64,000 nt of DNA from Bacillota bacterium (GCA_017534115.1 JAFWDD010000065.1:2142-66141); one strand, 5' to 3'; counted from the first letter of the stretch, positions 26,394 to 36,400 are shown. The notes: generated by a model from the sequence alone, not told the origin. A program made the numbers and translations.

Positions 26394-27998
26394 GTGGCAA
26401 ATCCAGACGTACTGTCTGTTAATCTCTTTATAAATACAATTAATGAATCCAATAAAAACAACAAAAGATTTTGCTTCATTTTAGGCTCCGGTGCTTCTGT
26501 CGAATCCGGTATTCCCACCGGAAACAAATTGGAAATGGATTGGATGGATTGGATTATGGATCCGAAAATCAATAATGTGGATGATTTTCGTGATTTGGCA
26601 AAAGAATTGCATGAAAAAAAGCTTATACGCTCTACATTTGATGAACTTCAAAACGAATGGAATACTGCAAAAAAGGGCTCCAAATCTATTGACAGTAAAT
26701 ATTATTCTGACATATATACCCTTCGTTTTTATCCTGATATAAGCAATGGTTACGGATATTTGGAAAAGCTTATGGAGCGCAGTAAGCCGAGCATAGGCTA
26801 TCATACCCTTTCTCATCTGCTTACGCATAAAAATCTTAATAATTTTGTGATTACAACTAACTTTGACAGTCTTGTGGAAGATTCCTTATTTATATACACA
26901 GATAAAAAGCCTTTGGTCATAAGCCATGAATCACTTGCAAAATACATTGATCCCTCTGTGCGGCGTCCAATAATCGCAAAAGTACATCGGGGAATAATGT
27001 TTGAACCGTTTAATGATCCCCAGAAAACCAGCAAGCTTGAAGAAGAATGGAAAAAACCTTTAAACGATGCTTTAAAGACATATATACCCATTGTAATAGG
27101 CTATGCCGGCGGAGATAAAAGTCTCATGTCTTTTCTGGAATCTGAGTCCGAAATAAAAAAAGGGCTTTATTGGTGCTACAGAGAGGACGATGGTTTGCCT
27201 CCCGATAATATTCTGGAATTTGTTGAAAATAATAAAGGTCACCTCGTTCCCATTGAAGGATTCGATTCTTTAATGGTAAAAATAGGAGCAAAGCTATATC
27301 CAGAAAATGTAGGTACGGGAAAAATAGAAGAATTTCTGGGGAAACAACTCAGAGATCGTGTAACCGCTTATAACGACCAATACACCAGAGTTAAGGATAA
27401 AGAAGAATCTCTCGCATCCATTAATGAGCGCGAGGCGCAGGACGAAGAAAAGCGGGAAGGAAAAGAGAACTTAACATATTGGGATTTCTTTAACCGCGGA
27501 TATAAGTATGGAGAAGAAGGAGACTATGATAAAGCAATTGCAAACTACACTGAGGCTATTAAGCGTAATCCTGATTATGCCGCCGCTTACAACAACCGCG
27601 GATTTGCTTACAATAATTCGAAAGAATCCCAAAAAGACATTGCGGTCTACAACAAAGCCATTGCGGATTTCAACAAAGCCATTGAGCTTAATCCCGATTT
27701 TGCCGAAGCTTACAACAACCGTGGGATTTCTTACAATAATTTGGAAGAATACCAAAAAGACATTGCGGATTTCAACAAAGCCATTGAACTTAATCCCGAT
27801 TTTGCTGAAGCTTACAACAACCGCGGCGTTGCTTACCACAAATCAGGCAAGCACGACAAAGCCATTGCGGACTACAACAAAGCCATTGAGCTTAATCCCG
27901 ATTATACCACAGCTTACGAAAACCGCGCCCTCGCCTACCGCGCCCTTGGCAAGGAAGACCTTGCCAAGGCGGATGAGGAAAGGGCTTCCAAGCTATAA
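26394..27998 (+). CDS. SIR2-like domain protein with C-terminal TPR repeats
   Basis: Start at GTG 26394, with AAAGGAGG 8 nt upstream. SIR2-type motifs FILGSGASVESGIPTG, ITTNFDSLVED and IAKVHRG. At least four 34-aa TPR units (AIADFNKAIELNPDFAEAYNNRG...). Confidence 0.8.
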   Translation: MANPDVLSVNLFINTINESNKNNKRFCFILGSGASVESGIPTGNKLEMDWMDWIMDPKINNVDDFRDLAKELHEKKLIRSTFDELQNEWNTAKKGSKSIDSKYYSDIYTLRFYPDISNGYGYLEKLMERSKPSIGYHTLSHLLTHKNLNNFVITTNFDSLVEDSLFIYTDKKPLVISHESLAKYIDPSVRRPIIAKVHRGIMFEPFNDPQKTSKLEEEWKKPLNDALKTYIPIVIGYAGGDKSLMSFLESESEIKKGLYWCYREDDGLPPDNILEFVENNKGHLVPIEGFDSLMVKIGAKLYPENVGTGKIEEFLGKQLRDRVTAYNDQYTRVKDKEESLASINEREAQDEEKREGKENLTYWDFFNRGYKYGEEGDYDKAIANYTEAIKRNPDYAAAYNNRGFAYNNSKESQKDIAVYNKAIADFNKAIELNPDFAEAYNNRGISYNNLEEYQKDIADFNKAIELNPDFAEAYNNRGVAYHKSGKHDKAIADYNKAIELNPDYTTAYENRALAYRALGKEDLAKADEERASKL

Positions 27999-28046
27999 TT
28001 CAAACCATGTCATAGGGCATACTTGTTTTGTATAAAAAGCGGCACA

Positions 28047-28307
28047 ATGCGATTTATGATAAACGAAGAAAAAAATCCGGGGAATACATACTCAGGATGA
28101 CAATCTTTTCCTAAAAAATAATGTAATTGCAATCTGTTGGAAGGACATGGGCGACCTTGGCCTGATAGAGAAAAACAGAGATGCCTTTAAAGAAAAGTAC
28201 TCTCAAACATATCCAGGGGCGAAAAAGGTAATATAACCATCGTCGCCGGCATGCTCTATCGATTTTGCTATGAGTCGCAAATCGGAAATTACGTTGTTCT
28301 TCCTTCC
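28047..28307 (+). pseudogene. Frameshifted N-terminal fragment resembling Mrr_N-type domains of restriction/defence proteins
   Basis: Three frames have to be joined: MRFMINEEKNPGNTY / QDDNLFLKNNVIAICWKDMGDLGLIEKNRDAFKEKYSQTYPGAKK / GNITIVAGMLYRFCYESQIGNYVVLPSK. The fragment is then cut off by repeat T. The family assignment is from memory of the N(V/I)IAIGW...DL pattern only. Confidence 0.35.
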
Positions 28308-28399
28308 AAAATATGTAATCACTAAATGCATCTTTCCCCGAAGCTCAACACAGCGAAACAGAACTTCTCTGACTGTGTCAACGTTTTATGTGACGTGTC
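28308..28399 (+). repeat. 92-bp dispersed repeat 'T', copy B
   Basis: See 3383-3474. Same orientation, about 5 mismatches. Confidence 0.85.
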
Positions 28400-28492
28400 T
28401 CCTTCTCTGATTCGGAGTGTTCTTCTGATTTCCTTTGGGATGACAACCCTGCCCAGGTCGTCTATCCTGCGTACTATTCCCGTTGCTTTCAT
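28397..28492 (-). pseudogene. AbrB/SpoVT-family N-terminal fragment (32 codons)
   Basis: AAAGGAGG, then ATG 28492, then MKATGIVRRIDDLGRVVIPKEIRRTLRIREGD, the swapped-hairpin AbrB/SpoVT DNA-binding N-terminus. After D32 the frame runs into repeat T and ends at 28322. Confidence 0.7.
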
Positions 28493-28585
28493 TAAAAATA
28501 TCCTCCTTTATTTTTTTGTGTGCTGTTATTGTCTGCAAATAAAGTCAGATTATTCGTTTTCGGGGAATTTATTGAATGGAAGAAA
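28462..28585 (-). repeat. 'R' module (AbrB-like promoter, RBS and first codons), copy B
   Basis: It shares TGTCTGCAAATAAAGTCAGATTATTCGTTTTCGGGGAATTTATTGAATGGAAGAA and the RBS/ATG region with 48148-48273 and 59808-59930. Confidence 0.8.
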
Positions 28586-29064
28586 TTAAAAAAACTGAAA
28601 AAAATACCGGAGCTCTGATAGTGAACTCCGATATATACTATCATTACCAGAATATCCGAATCAGGCATGATATTGATGAAAAGCTGTCGGTATTTGATGA
28701 TTTAGGCATTTCGAATAATGAACTGGCATGGCCTGCAATATATCGGCAGCTGGAACGCACGGAATATTATCCAGATCATCCGGAAATCGATCCTTTTGAA
28801 TGGGCAGAAAACCCTTGGTTTTATGAAGAAGTGGGAGATACCGCGATTAACACCTTTGATACCTTCGCGATGAACCGGAATGAATATTATACGGAAGCAA
28901 ATCTTGAAAATCCTAATGATACGATCGAACTGATCTCTTACGCACATTCCCAGATCACACGTGAAAACAGTCCGATCAACACCACCCGTCAAACGGGTGG
29001 TGTTTGTACGCCCCTAATGGGCTGTTACCGACCGGCGTCTCAAGGCGCCGGCTTTTACTTTTAG
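28576..29064 (+). CDS. Hypothetical ORF between repeat modules
   Basis: Support is the ORF alone. Its start lies in the R repeat and its last ~25 codons lie in the IS200-end repeat, so it may be a truncated or chimeric gene. Confidence 0.3.
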   Translation: MEEIKKTEKNTGALIVNSDIYYHYQNIRIRHDIDEKLSVFDDLGISNNELAWPAIYRQLERTEYYPDHPEIDPFEWAENPWFYEEVGDTAINTFDTFAMNRNEYYTEANLENPNDTIELISYAHSQITRENSPINTTRQTGGVCTPLMGCYRPASQGAGFYF

Positions 29065-29283
29065 TCCATGCTTTATTGCATTTTTTCTGTTCAAGCCTTA
29101 TTGTATTTGACTACTTGCTGCCCTTGAAAGGGTCTTCGTATTCTTTAACACTTAATAATCCATTGCAATATCATGACGCTCTTGCTCTTTTATACCGGCT
29201 CCATATTGGCCATATATAATTGTTCGCCTATATTTAGGAATAAATACTATATGATACTTGCACAACCATTGGGCACGTCCCAT
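28981..29283 (-). mobile_element. IS200/IS605-family remnant with an internally deleted tnpA
   Basis: A 43-codon minus-strand ORF (29152-29283) reads MGRAQWLCKYHIVFIPKYRRTIIYGQYGAG|IKEQERHDIAMDY. This joins the TnpA N-terminus directly to its C-terminus. Downstream is the conserved end region with the hairpin CCACCCG-TCAAA-CGGGTGG (28982-29000). That end region is shared with 59100-59263. Confidence 0.75.
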
Positions 29284-29290
29284 AAATCAG

Positions 29291-29323
29291 AAAAACCCGG
29301 AAACCTTTGTTCAGAATTCCGAG
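29291..29323 (-). terminator. Possible terminator of the trp operon
   Basis: Minus strand: CUCGGAA, a 14-nt loop, UUCCGGG (one G-U pair), then UUUUU. Confidence 0.4.
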
Positions 29324-29400
29324 TTCTTTGTATCTTTAAATGAATTTATGTATCGAAATATATTTCCGTCAAATCTATAAAAACAAAAATACATTGTTGT

Positions 29401-30174
29401 TTACTGCATCAACGCAGCTTTCATGGACTTTACATACTCTCCCACATATTCGGGAGCGTCCTTCCCATGCTCTTCAATAATCTTCATTATAGCGGAGCCT
29501 ACAATAGCGCCGTCGGAAATATCCGCCATCTTTCTCGCCTGTTCGGGAGTAGAAATTCCGAAACCCACGGCACAGGGAATATCCGTGTTCCGCCTTACCA
29601 CTTCCACAATGGAGCGAAGATCAGTCTTTATTTCGCTTCTCGCGCCAGTAACACCAAGGCTGGATACAATGTAAAGAAATCCTTCCGCTTCCTTCGCTAT
29701 CATGGCTATTCGGTTTTCGGATGTGGGCGCAACAAGAGAAATCAGATCCACACCGAATTCACGGCATACGGGCAGAAATTCGTCCTTTTCCTCAAAAGGC
29801 AGGTCAGGAAGTATGAGCCCGTCAATACCGATATCTGAGCAGGTCGATATAAACTTTACCGCACCGTAAGAAAATATCACATTGGCATAGGTCATGAACA
29901 CTAAGGGAATGGAGACATCCTTCCGGAGCTCTTTAACAAACTCAAATATTTTTCCGGTTGTAACACCGCCTTTAAGAGCTCTCAGATTTGCGCCCTGAAT
30001 TACAGGACCTTCGGCAGTAGGATCTGAAAAGGGAATTCCCAGCTCTATAAGGTCCGCTCCGTTTTTTACAGCGGCACGCACAACTTTTGCCGTAGTTTCC
30101 AGGTCAGGGTCTCCGCAGGTAATAAATGCAATAAACGCCTTCCCGTTTTCAAATGCTTTTCTTATATTACTCAT
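29401..30174 (-). CDS. trpA: Tryptophan synthase alpha chain
   Basis: [24 protein letters not shown]...[17 protein letters not shown]. Start at ATG 30174 with GGGGAGGA upstream. It overlaps the trpB stop by 8 nt. Confidence 0.95.
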   Translation of the reverse strand: MSNIRKAFENGKAFIAFITCGDPDLETTAKVVRAAVKNGADLIELGIPFSDPTAEGPVIQGANLRALKGGVTTGKIFEFVKELRKDVSIPLVFMTYANVIFSYGAVKFISTCSDIGIDGLILPDLPFEEKDEFLPVCREFGVDLISLVAPTSENRIAMIAKEAEGFLYIVSSLGVTGARSEIKTDLRSIVEVVRRNTDIPCAVGFGISTPEQARKMADISDGAIVGSAIMKIIEEHGKDAPEYVGEYVKSMKAALMQ

Positions 30175-31357
30175 GGATATCCTCCCCTCTGTACCGTGCG
30201 ATTGCCGCACAGTCCTTGTCGCCTCGTCCTGATATAGTAATAACTATGATCTTGTCTTTATCCATTTCCGGCGCGATTTTCATTGCGTGGGCAACTGCGT
30301 GAGCCGATTCTATTGCCGGTATAATACCTTCTGTTCTTGAAAGATATTCGAAAGCATTTACCGCTTCGTCGTCAGTAACGGCAACATATTCCGCTCTCCC
30401 GATGTCATGAAGATATGCATGCTCAGGACCCACACCGGGATAGTCCAGTCCTGCGGAAATGGAGTACACGGGAGCGATCTGGCCGTTTTCATCCTGGCAG
30501 AAATAGGATTTCATTCCGTGGAATATGCCAAGACTTCCAGTACAGATAGTCGCTGCCGTCTCAAATGTATCAATGCCTCTGCCTGCCGCTTCACAGCCTA
30601 TGAGGCGCACATTTTTATCCTCTATAAAATGGTAGAAGCTTCCGATTGCGTTGGAGCCTCCTCCTACGCACGCTATTACCGCGTCAGGCAGTCTTCCTTC
30701 CTTCTGAAGAATCTGCTCTCTTGTTTCTTTGGATATAACAGACTGAAAGTCCCGTACAATAGTTGGAAACGGATGAGGTCCCATAACTGAGCCGAGGCAG
30801 TAGTGAGTATCGCTTATGCGCGAGCTCCATTCTCTCATGGTTTCGGAAACCGCGTCTTTAAGAGTGGCTGTGCCGGATTTTACAGGAATGACCTCCGCTC
30901 CCAAAAGCCTCATTCGGTACACATTGAGAGCCTGCCTTACAGTATCCTCTTCGCCCATGAATACAACACACTCCATGCCCATAAGCGCGGCAGCCGTAGC
31001 GGTCGCAACACCGTGCTGGCCTGCTCCTGTTTCCGCTATGAGCCGGGTCTTGCCCATTTTCCTGGCAAGGAGCGCCTGTCCAAGCACATTGTTGATTTTA
31101 TGCGCTCCTGTGTGGTTAAGATCCTCTCTCTTGAGGTAAATCTTAGCTCCGCCCAGGTCTTTTGTCATTTTTTCCGCATAATAAAGCCTTGATGGCCTGC
31201 CTGCGTATTCATTGAAAAGACGGGCAAGCTCACTTTTGAATTCAGGATCATTTTTATAGTAGTTATACGCTTCTTCAAGTTCAATTATGGCATTCATCAA
31301 TGTTTCGGGGATATACTGTCCGCCGTGAATACCGAAGCGTCCGTCAGGATTCGTCAT
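30167..31357 (-). CDS. trpB: Tryptophan synthase beta chain
   Basis: [16 protein letters not shown]...HTGAHKINN...GGGSNAIG, the canonical PLP-enzyme motifs. Confidence 0.95.
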   Translation of the reverse strand: MTNPDGRFGIHGGQYIPETLMNAIIELEEAYNYYKNDPEFKSELARLFNEYAGRPSRLYYAEKMTKDLGGAKIYLKREDLNHTGAHKINNVLGQALLARKMGKTRLIAETGAGQHGVATATAAALMGMECVVFMGEEDTVRQALNVYRMRLLGAEVIPVKSGTATLKDAVSETMREWSSRISDTHYCLGSVMGPHPFPTIVRDFQSVISKETREQILQKEGRLPDAVIACVGGGSNAIGSFYHFIEDKNVRLIGCEAAGRGIDTFETAATICTGSLGIFHGMKSYFCQDENGQIAPVYSISAGLDYPGVGPEHAYLHDIGRAEYVAVTDDEAVNAFEYLSRTEGIIPAIESAHAVAHAMKIAPEMDKDKIIVITISGRGDKDCAAIARYRGEDIHE

Positions 31358-31962
31358 AGTTGTTGTTCCTTTCTGACAGCCATAATAAATGCCGTCATTT
31401 TTAATTTATCTTTTACTCCGTTGGTTTCGATTCCGGAGCTTACATCCAGCGCGAAAGGGTGCAGAGCTTTAGCCGCATCCTCAGCGTTTTCCGGTGAAAG
31501 TCCTCCGGCGAGAAAATATGGTCTTCCGATATTTTCAATCAGTTTCCAGTCAAATGCCTTTCCCGTGCCCGCGCCGGAATCCAGCAGAACAAAGTCAGCC
31601 GGACAGTTTTCAGCCTTTTTGGCATCCTCATATGTTTCGATTCGAAATGCCTTTATTAAAGGTCTGTCCGTCAGCTTTTTCAGGTATGTAATATAATCTT
31701 CACTTTCATCTCCGTGAAGCTGCGCTATATCAATTATACCCTTAACGAGAAGATTGGCAATAGTTTCCGGCCTTTCGTTTACAAACACGCCAACAGCCTT
31801 AATATCGGGAGAAAGAAGTTTTTTCAGCTCCAAAGCCTTTTCCGGTGAGACAAAGCGTTTGCTTTTTGGCGCGAACACAAATCCGATATATTCGGGCATC
31901 AGTTCATTAGCTGTAATTATATCACAATTTCGGGAAAGACCGCAAAATTTTATTTTTGTCAT
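31354..31962 (-). CDS. trpF: Phosphoribosylanthranilate isomerase
   Basis: [10 protein letters not shown]...[12 protein letters not shown]...LHGDE. ATGA overlaps on both sides. Confidence 0.9.
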   Translation of the reverse strand: MTKIKFCGLSRNCDIITANELMPEYIGFVFAPKSKRFVSPEKALELKKLLSPDIKAVGVFVNERPETIANLLVKGIIDIAQLHGDESEDYITYLKKLTDRPLIKAFRIETYEDAKKAENCPADFVLLDSGAGTGKAFDWKLIENIGRPYFLAGGLSPENAEDAAKALHPFALDVSSGIETNGVKDKLKMTAFIMAVRKEQQL

Positions 31963-32741
31963 AAGGCACCCCTCAATTCGGCAAGCTTTGCCTTTTTGTC
32001 ATCAGCCCGCATAAGGGCTTCGCCTATGAGTATTGCGTCTGCGCCTGTTTCACGAAGCTTTGCCACATCTTCCGCGCTGCTGACACCGCTTTCCGAAACG
32101 AACAATACATCTTTCGGAATCAGCTCGCGAAGCTTTCGGCTGTTTTCCGTGTCCACGGAAAAATCCTTCAGATTTCGATTGTTCACGCCTATTATTCCGG
32201 CTCCCGCGCTTAATGCCATTTTTACTTCGTATTCATCATGAGCTTCCACAAGAGCGGAAATTCCCAGTTCATCGCAGATGCCTATATATTTTTTAATGGT
32301 ATCTTCGTCCAGAATAGAGCAAATAAGGAGTACCGCCGCCGCTCCCAGTACCTTTGCTTCATATATCATATATTCGTCGACTGTAAAATCCTTCCTCAGA
32401 CATGGAATTTTAACATTTTCCGCAATTTCCCGAAGGTACTCGTTTTTCCCAAGGAACCATTTTGGCTCCGTAAGTACGGAAATACAGTCTGCTCCGGCAT
32501 TTTCATATTCCTTTGCAATCTGAAGATAAGGAAAATCCGGAGCGATAAGCCCTTTTGATGGAGATGCCTTTTTGCATTCGCATATGAAGGATATACCTTC
32601 TTTTTTCAGCGCCCTTTCAAATGCAAAATCGCCTTTGGGCAGCGCAAGGGCCCGCCTTTTCATTTCTTCCGCGGATATATTCTTTTTTGCCTCTTCCGTA
32701 CGCTCTTTTGCGTATTGGGCAAGCCGGTCAAGTATTGTCAT
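31959..32741 (-). CDS. trpC: Indole-3-glycerol-phosphate synthase
   Basis: [15 protein letters not shown]...CLRKDF...LVEAHD...IGVNNRNL. Confidence 0.9.
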   Translation of the reverse strand: MTILDRLAQYAKERTEEAKKNISAEEMKRRALALPKGDFAFERALKKEGISFICECKKASPSKGLIAPDFPYLQIAKEYENAGADCISVLTEPKWFLGKNEYLREIAENVKIPCLRKDFTVDEYMIYEAKVLGAAAVLLICSILDEDTIKKYIGICDELGISALVEAHDEYEVKMALSAGAGIIGVNNRNLKDFSVDTENSRKLRELIPKDVLFVSESGVSSAEDVAKLRETGADAILIGEALMRADDKKAKLAELRGAL

Positions 32742-33772
32742 ACTGCCACCTCCTCGGGACTGTTGCTGAATTCAATCAGCTTTTCAAGCGTTTCCATTGC
32801 TTTACCTGAATCTATAAGCTTTTCCGCAAGGGAAATGCCCTCTTTCATGCTTTCGGCTTTTCCCGCAATATAAAGTGCGGCGCCTGCGTTCAAAAGAACC
32901 GCATTTCGTTTGTGCCCTTTTTCGCCTTTGAGGATAGAAATGGTTATTTTGGCGTTTTTCTCCGGTGTGCCGCCTGTTAAATCCTCTTTGGCACAGCGTC
33001 CTAATCCAAAATCTTCAGGTTTTATTACATAGGATTTAAACCATCCGTCCCGAATTTCACAGATTTTTGTAGGCGCGCTCAGGGAAATCTCGTCCAGCTT
33101 GTCCTGACCGTAAACCACCATTCCCCGTTTTACTCCCAGATTTATTAAAACCTGCGCCAGAGGTTCTACGAGATATTCATCGTATACACCCAGAAGCTGC
33201 ATGGACGGCGTTCCGGGATTTGTAAGAGGTCCAAGAATATTGAAAACCGTTCTGAATCCCAGTTCCCTTCGTATGGGTCCCACATATTTCATGGAAGAAT
33301 GGTATTCCTGCGCGAAAAAGAAGCACATTCCCGCTTTGTTCAGAAGTTCAATGCATTTCGCGGGACTTTGGCTTATGTTCACTCCCAGAGCTTCCAGACA
33401 GTCTGCCGTCCCGCAAAGAGATGATGCCGCGCGGTTGCCGTGTTTTGCCACCTTCACGCCGCCGGCTGCCGCAACAATGGCTGATGTAGTGGAAATATTG
33501 AAGCTGTTGGAATTGTCTCCGCCTGTGCCTACGATCTCAAAAACCTCCATACCCGTTTCCACCTTCGTGGCATGGGCTCTCATAGCGGCCGCGCATCCCG
33601 ATATCTCATCCGTTGTTTCCGCTCTTGCGCTTTTTGTGGACAGCGCGGCAAGAAAAGCGGCATTCTGAGTAGGAGATGTTTCTCCGCTCATAATTTCGTT
33701 CATTACTGTATATGCTTCATCATAAGTGAGATCTTCTTTATTTACGATTTTTACGATTGCTTCCTTTATCAT
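32738..33772 (-). CDS. trpD: Anthranilate phosphoribosyltransferase
   Basis: [18 protein letters not shown]...KHGNRAASS...NILGPLTNP. Confidence 0.95.
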   Translation of the reverse strand: MIKEAIVKIVNKEDLTYDEAYTVMNEIMSGETSPTQNAAFLAALSTKSARAETTDEISGCAAAMRAHATKVETGMEVFEIVGTGGDNSNSFNISTTSAIVAAAGGVKVAKHGNRAASSLCGTADCLEALGVNISQSPAKCIELLNKAGMCFFFAQEYHSSMKYVGPIRRELGFRTVFNILGPLTNPGTPSMQLLGVYDEYLVEPLAQVLINLGVKRGMVVYGQDKLDEISLSAPTKICEIRDGWFKSYVIKPEDFGLGRCAKEDLTGGTPEKNAKITISILKGEKGHKRNAVLLNAGAALYIAGKAESMKEGISLAEKLIDSGKAMETLEKLIEFSNSPEEVAV

Positions 33773-33775
33773 GTC

Positions 33776-34345
33776 TCACATCTCCTTTATGAAATTCCTA
33801 AGAATTCGCTTTCCAGCGGGCGTCATAATCGATTCGGGATGGAACTGTACCCCGTAAACAGGATAATCCCTGTGCTGTACCGCCATAATTTCGCCGTCGG
33901 TTGTAACAGCCGTTATTTTGAGATTTTCAGGCATTGTCGCTGGATCTGCCGCAAGAGAATGGTATCTTGCGACGGGAGCCTTGTCAGGGCATCCTCTGAA
34001 AAGAGGACAGCTCATATCAAATTTTACAATAGACTGCTTCCCGTGCATCAGTTTTTTCGCATATGTAATTTCCGCACCGAACGCCGAGCATATTGCCTGA
34101 TGCCCGAGACAGACTCCGAGAATGGGAATATCCTTTCCCAGTTCCTTTACTATACCTATTATAATGCCCGCATTTTCAGGTCTTCCCGGACCGGGAGAAA
34201 TTATTATCCGCTCAGGGCTGAGGGCTCGGATTTCCTCTATGGTCATCTCATCATTTCTGATGACCTTAATGTCCGGATTTATTTCACCTATGAACTGATA
34301 GAGATTATATGAAAAACTGTCGTAATTATCTATAAGCAAAATCAT
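33776..34345 (-). CDS. trpG: Anthranilate synthase component II (glutamine amidotransferase)
   Basis: [15 protein letters not shown]...GVCLGHQ...GVQFHPES. Confidence 0.9.
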   Translation of the reverse strand: MILLIDNYDSFSYNLYQFIGEINPDIKVIRNDEMTIEEIRALSPERIIISPGPGRPENAGIIIGIVKELGKDIPILGVCLGHQAICSAFGAEITYAKKLMHGKQSIVKFDMSCPLFRGCPDKAPVARYHSLAADPATMPENLKITAVTTDGEIMAVQHRDYPVYGVQFHPESIMTPAGKRILRNFIKEM

Positions 34346-35826
34346 AATTCATCCTCCTGTGCAAGATTCAGCGCCGTAAGAGAAGCCTTTGCCTTGTTCA
34401 GACATTCTTCATATTCCTTTTCGGGATCGGAATCTGCCACAATTCCGGCTCCGCTTCTTACAAATACTTTGCCGTTTTTCTTATATACAATACGGATCGC
34501 TATACATGTATCCATATTCCCCGTAAAATCGATGTATCCTATGGCTCCTCCGTATATGCCTCTTTTGTTGTTTTCGAGTTCGGCTATAAGCTGGCAGGCC
34601 CTGATTTTAGGGGCGCCTGAAAGTGTTCCCGCAGGAAGCACGGCTTCAATAGCATTCAGCGCATCCTTTCCGTCGGCTATTTCTCCTCTTACAGTGGAGC
34701 CGATATGCATTACATGGGAAAACCTCTCGATTGAATGGAGTTTTTCGACCTGAACCGTTCCGAATTTGCTGATTTTCCCTAAATCATTTCTTCCCAGATC
34801 CACCAGCATATTGTGTTCCGCAAGCTCTTTTTCATCTGCCAAAAGTTCAGCTTCAAGTTCTTTGTCTTCCTCATCGGTTTTGCCTCTGGGTCTTGTTCCT
34901 GCAAGAGGAAATGTATGAAGGATCCCGTTTTCCAGTTTGACCAGTGTTTCCGGAGAAGCTCCGGCCACTTCCACGTCCGTTCCGGAAAAATAGAACATAT
35001 ATGGAGAAGGGTTGATCGTCCGAAGAACCCTGTATGTATTCAGAAGACTGCCTTCAAACGGTGCGCTCAGCCTGTTTGAAAGTACGATCTGAAAAATATC
35101 TCCTTCCCTGATATAATTTTTTGCCTTTTCAACCATTTCGCAAAAATGTTCCTTATCAAAAAGCGCTGAGACATTCTCCAAAAGTTTTCCTCCGGGTTCA
35201 TTTTTCTTTTCGCCGTGATGAAGCAGATTTATGAGCTGTTTCAGTTCCCATACCGCCTTGTTGTAATTAATTTCAAGGCCGTCCTCGTCTATGTGCATAT
35301 TTACGATTAGTATGATTTTCTGCCGTATATTATCAAACGCGATTACTTTTTCAAAGAGCATGAGGTCCACGTCTCTGAAATTTTCCGTGTCCTCGACCTC
35401 GATTCTTACACTGGGTTCGCTGTATCCGAGATAATCGTAAGAAAAATATCCTACAAGGCCTCCTGTAAAAGGCGGCAGATTTTCAAGGCGCGGACTTCTG
35501 TATTCGGAAAGTACTTTTCGCAGATAATCGGAAGGATTTCCGGTAACATACTTCATTTTTCCGGCATCCAGAACGCCGTTCATTGTTCCGCCTATGCAAG
35601 TAATCTCCATTGTCGGGTCAAATCCGAGGAATGTATACCTGCCCCATGTTTCGTCGGCCTGAGCAGATTCCAGCATATACGCGTGCCTGGATATGTTTTT
35701 CAGGATTTTAATCGTTTCGATAGGTGTGGTAAAGTCTGATAAAATTTCACAGCTGATGGGCACTATGTCATATTTCCCTGTTGCGGCAATTTCTTCGACT
35801 TCTGATAAAACAGGTGAGAATTTCAT
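34342..35826 (-). CDS. trpE: Anthranilate synthase component I
   Basis: LESAQ...SPYMFYF...[19 protein letters not shown]. Start at ATG 35826 (MKFSPV), with GGAGGT 7 nt upstream. Confidence 0.95.
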   Translation of the reverse strand: MKFSPVLSEVEEIAATGKYDIVPISCEILSDFTTPIETIKILKNISRHAYMLESAQADETWGRYTFLGFDPTMEITCIGGTMNGVLDAGKMKYVTGNPSDYLRKVLSEYRSPRLENLPPFTGGLVGYFSYDYLGYSEPSVRIEVEDTENFRDVDLMLFEKVIAFDNIRQKIILIVNMHIDEDGLEINYNKAVWELKQLINLLHHGEKKNEPGGKLLENVSALFDKEHFCEMVEKAKNYIREGDIFQIVLSNRLSAPFEGSLLNTYRVLRTINPSPYMFYFSGTDVEVAGASPETLVKLENGILHTFPLAGTRPRGKTDEEDKELEAELLADEKELAEHNMLVDLGRNDLGKISKFGTVQVEKLHSIERFSHVMHIGSTVRGEIADGKDALNAIEAVLPAGTLSGAPKIRACQLIAELENNKRGIYGGAIGYIDFTGNMDTCIAIRIVYKKNGKVFVRSGAGIVADSDPEKEYEECLNKAKASLTALNLAQEDEL

Positions 35827-35874
35827 GATTATTACCTCCAAAAAAATAATTCCTCCAACAATCTGTCAGAGGAA

Positions 35875-36175
35875 ATAAAAAAGCCCCTGACAGATACCAT
35901 TGACTGTCAAGGACGAATATTGTACATAATTAAGACACTATCCGCGGTGCCACCTTGAATTCACGGGAAAACCCGTACGCTTAGCAGGATACCAGCATAT
36001 CCCCGGCAACTGACGTATGCCAACACGTTGCAGAATACTCCGGAAAAATCCGTTTGACTGCACCCTCAGCGGTCCATTTGACAACTTGTTTCTCATTCGG
36101 CTCTCAGCATCCCGAACTCTCTGTAAAGGCATCATTGCCGTTATCTCCGCTTCAACGGTTTAAATTATTAATTTG
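35875..36175 (-). promoter_or_regulatory. T-box leader (tRNA-Trp specifier) with intrinsic terminator
   Basis: The minus strand carries the T-box motif AAGGUGGCACCGCGG (35941-35961) and a UGG specifier in an AAAUGGA context (36074-36076). The terminator is CCUUGACAG/CUGUCAGGG followed by UUUUUU (35876-35912). It lies directly upstream of trpE. Confidence 0.85.
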
Positions 36176-36180
36176 GACAA

Positions 36181-36209
36181 AGTATAGCACAGCGGATTGC
36201 TGAAGTCAA
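36181..36209 (-). promoter_or_regulatory. Sigma-A promoter of the trp operon
   Basis: Minus strand: TTGACT (36204-36209), 17 nt spacer, TATACT (36181-36186). Confidence 0.75.
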
Positions 36210-36248
36210 TATTTTTTTCAATAAAATCCACTCAAAAATATTTTCCCG

Positions 36249-36305
36249 AAATATGTAATCGATAATACAGCATTTCCCGAAACTCAGCACTACAAAACGT
36301 TGCTT
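36249..36305 (+). repeat. Degenerate partial copy of repeat 'T'
   Basis: AAATATGTAATCGATAA...GCATTTCCCGAAACTCAGCAC...CAAAACGTTGC aligns with the first two thirds of the 92-mer, with many changes. Confidence 0.4.
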
Positions 36306-36368
36306 TATTAAAGATTATTCTTAATCATAATTATTTCTTACTGCATACTCAACCGAGTTATATCCCAT

Positions 36369-36400
36369 AAAAAGCCAGCCCGGAACAAGTCCGGACCGGC
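36369..36400 (-). terminator. Rho-independent terminator of surface-protein gene 1
   Basis: Minus strand: GCCGGUCCGGA-CUUGU-UCCGGGCUGGC (11 bp including G-U pairs), then UUUUU. Confidence 0.7.

Noticed and set aside
21523-27998. Canonical Thoeris (ThsA SIR2-SLOG plus ThsB TIR)
   Set aside because: The SIR2 protein carries TPR repeats rather than a SLOG domain. It is also separated from the TIR gene by 4 kb containing a dead gene and an opposite-strand gene. I report it only as a Thoeris-like parts list.
27471-28035. 175-aa (+) and 122-aa (-) ORFs over the TPR region
   Set aside because: These are alternative frames kept open by the near-identical TPR DNA repeats. The TPR frame is the one continuous with the SIR2 domain.
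33201-34312. 155-aa and 246-aa plus-strand ORFs in the trp operon
   Set aside because: They are antisense to trpD/trpG, which have unambiguous motifs.
35938-36135. 65-aa minus-strand ORF upstream of trpE
   Set aside because: It lies wholly within the T-box leader RNA (specifier loop to T-box motif). It has no RBS.
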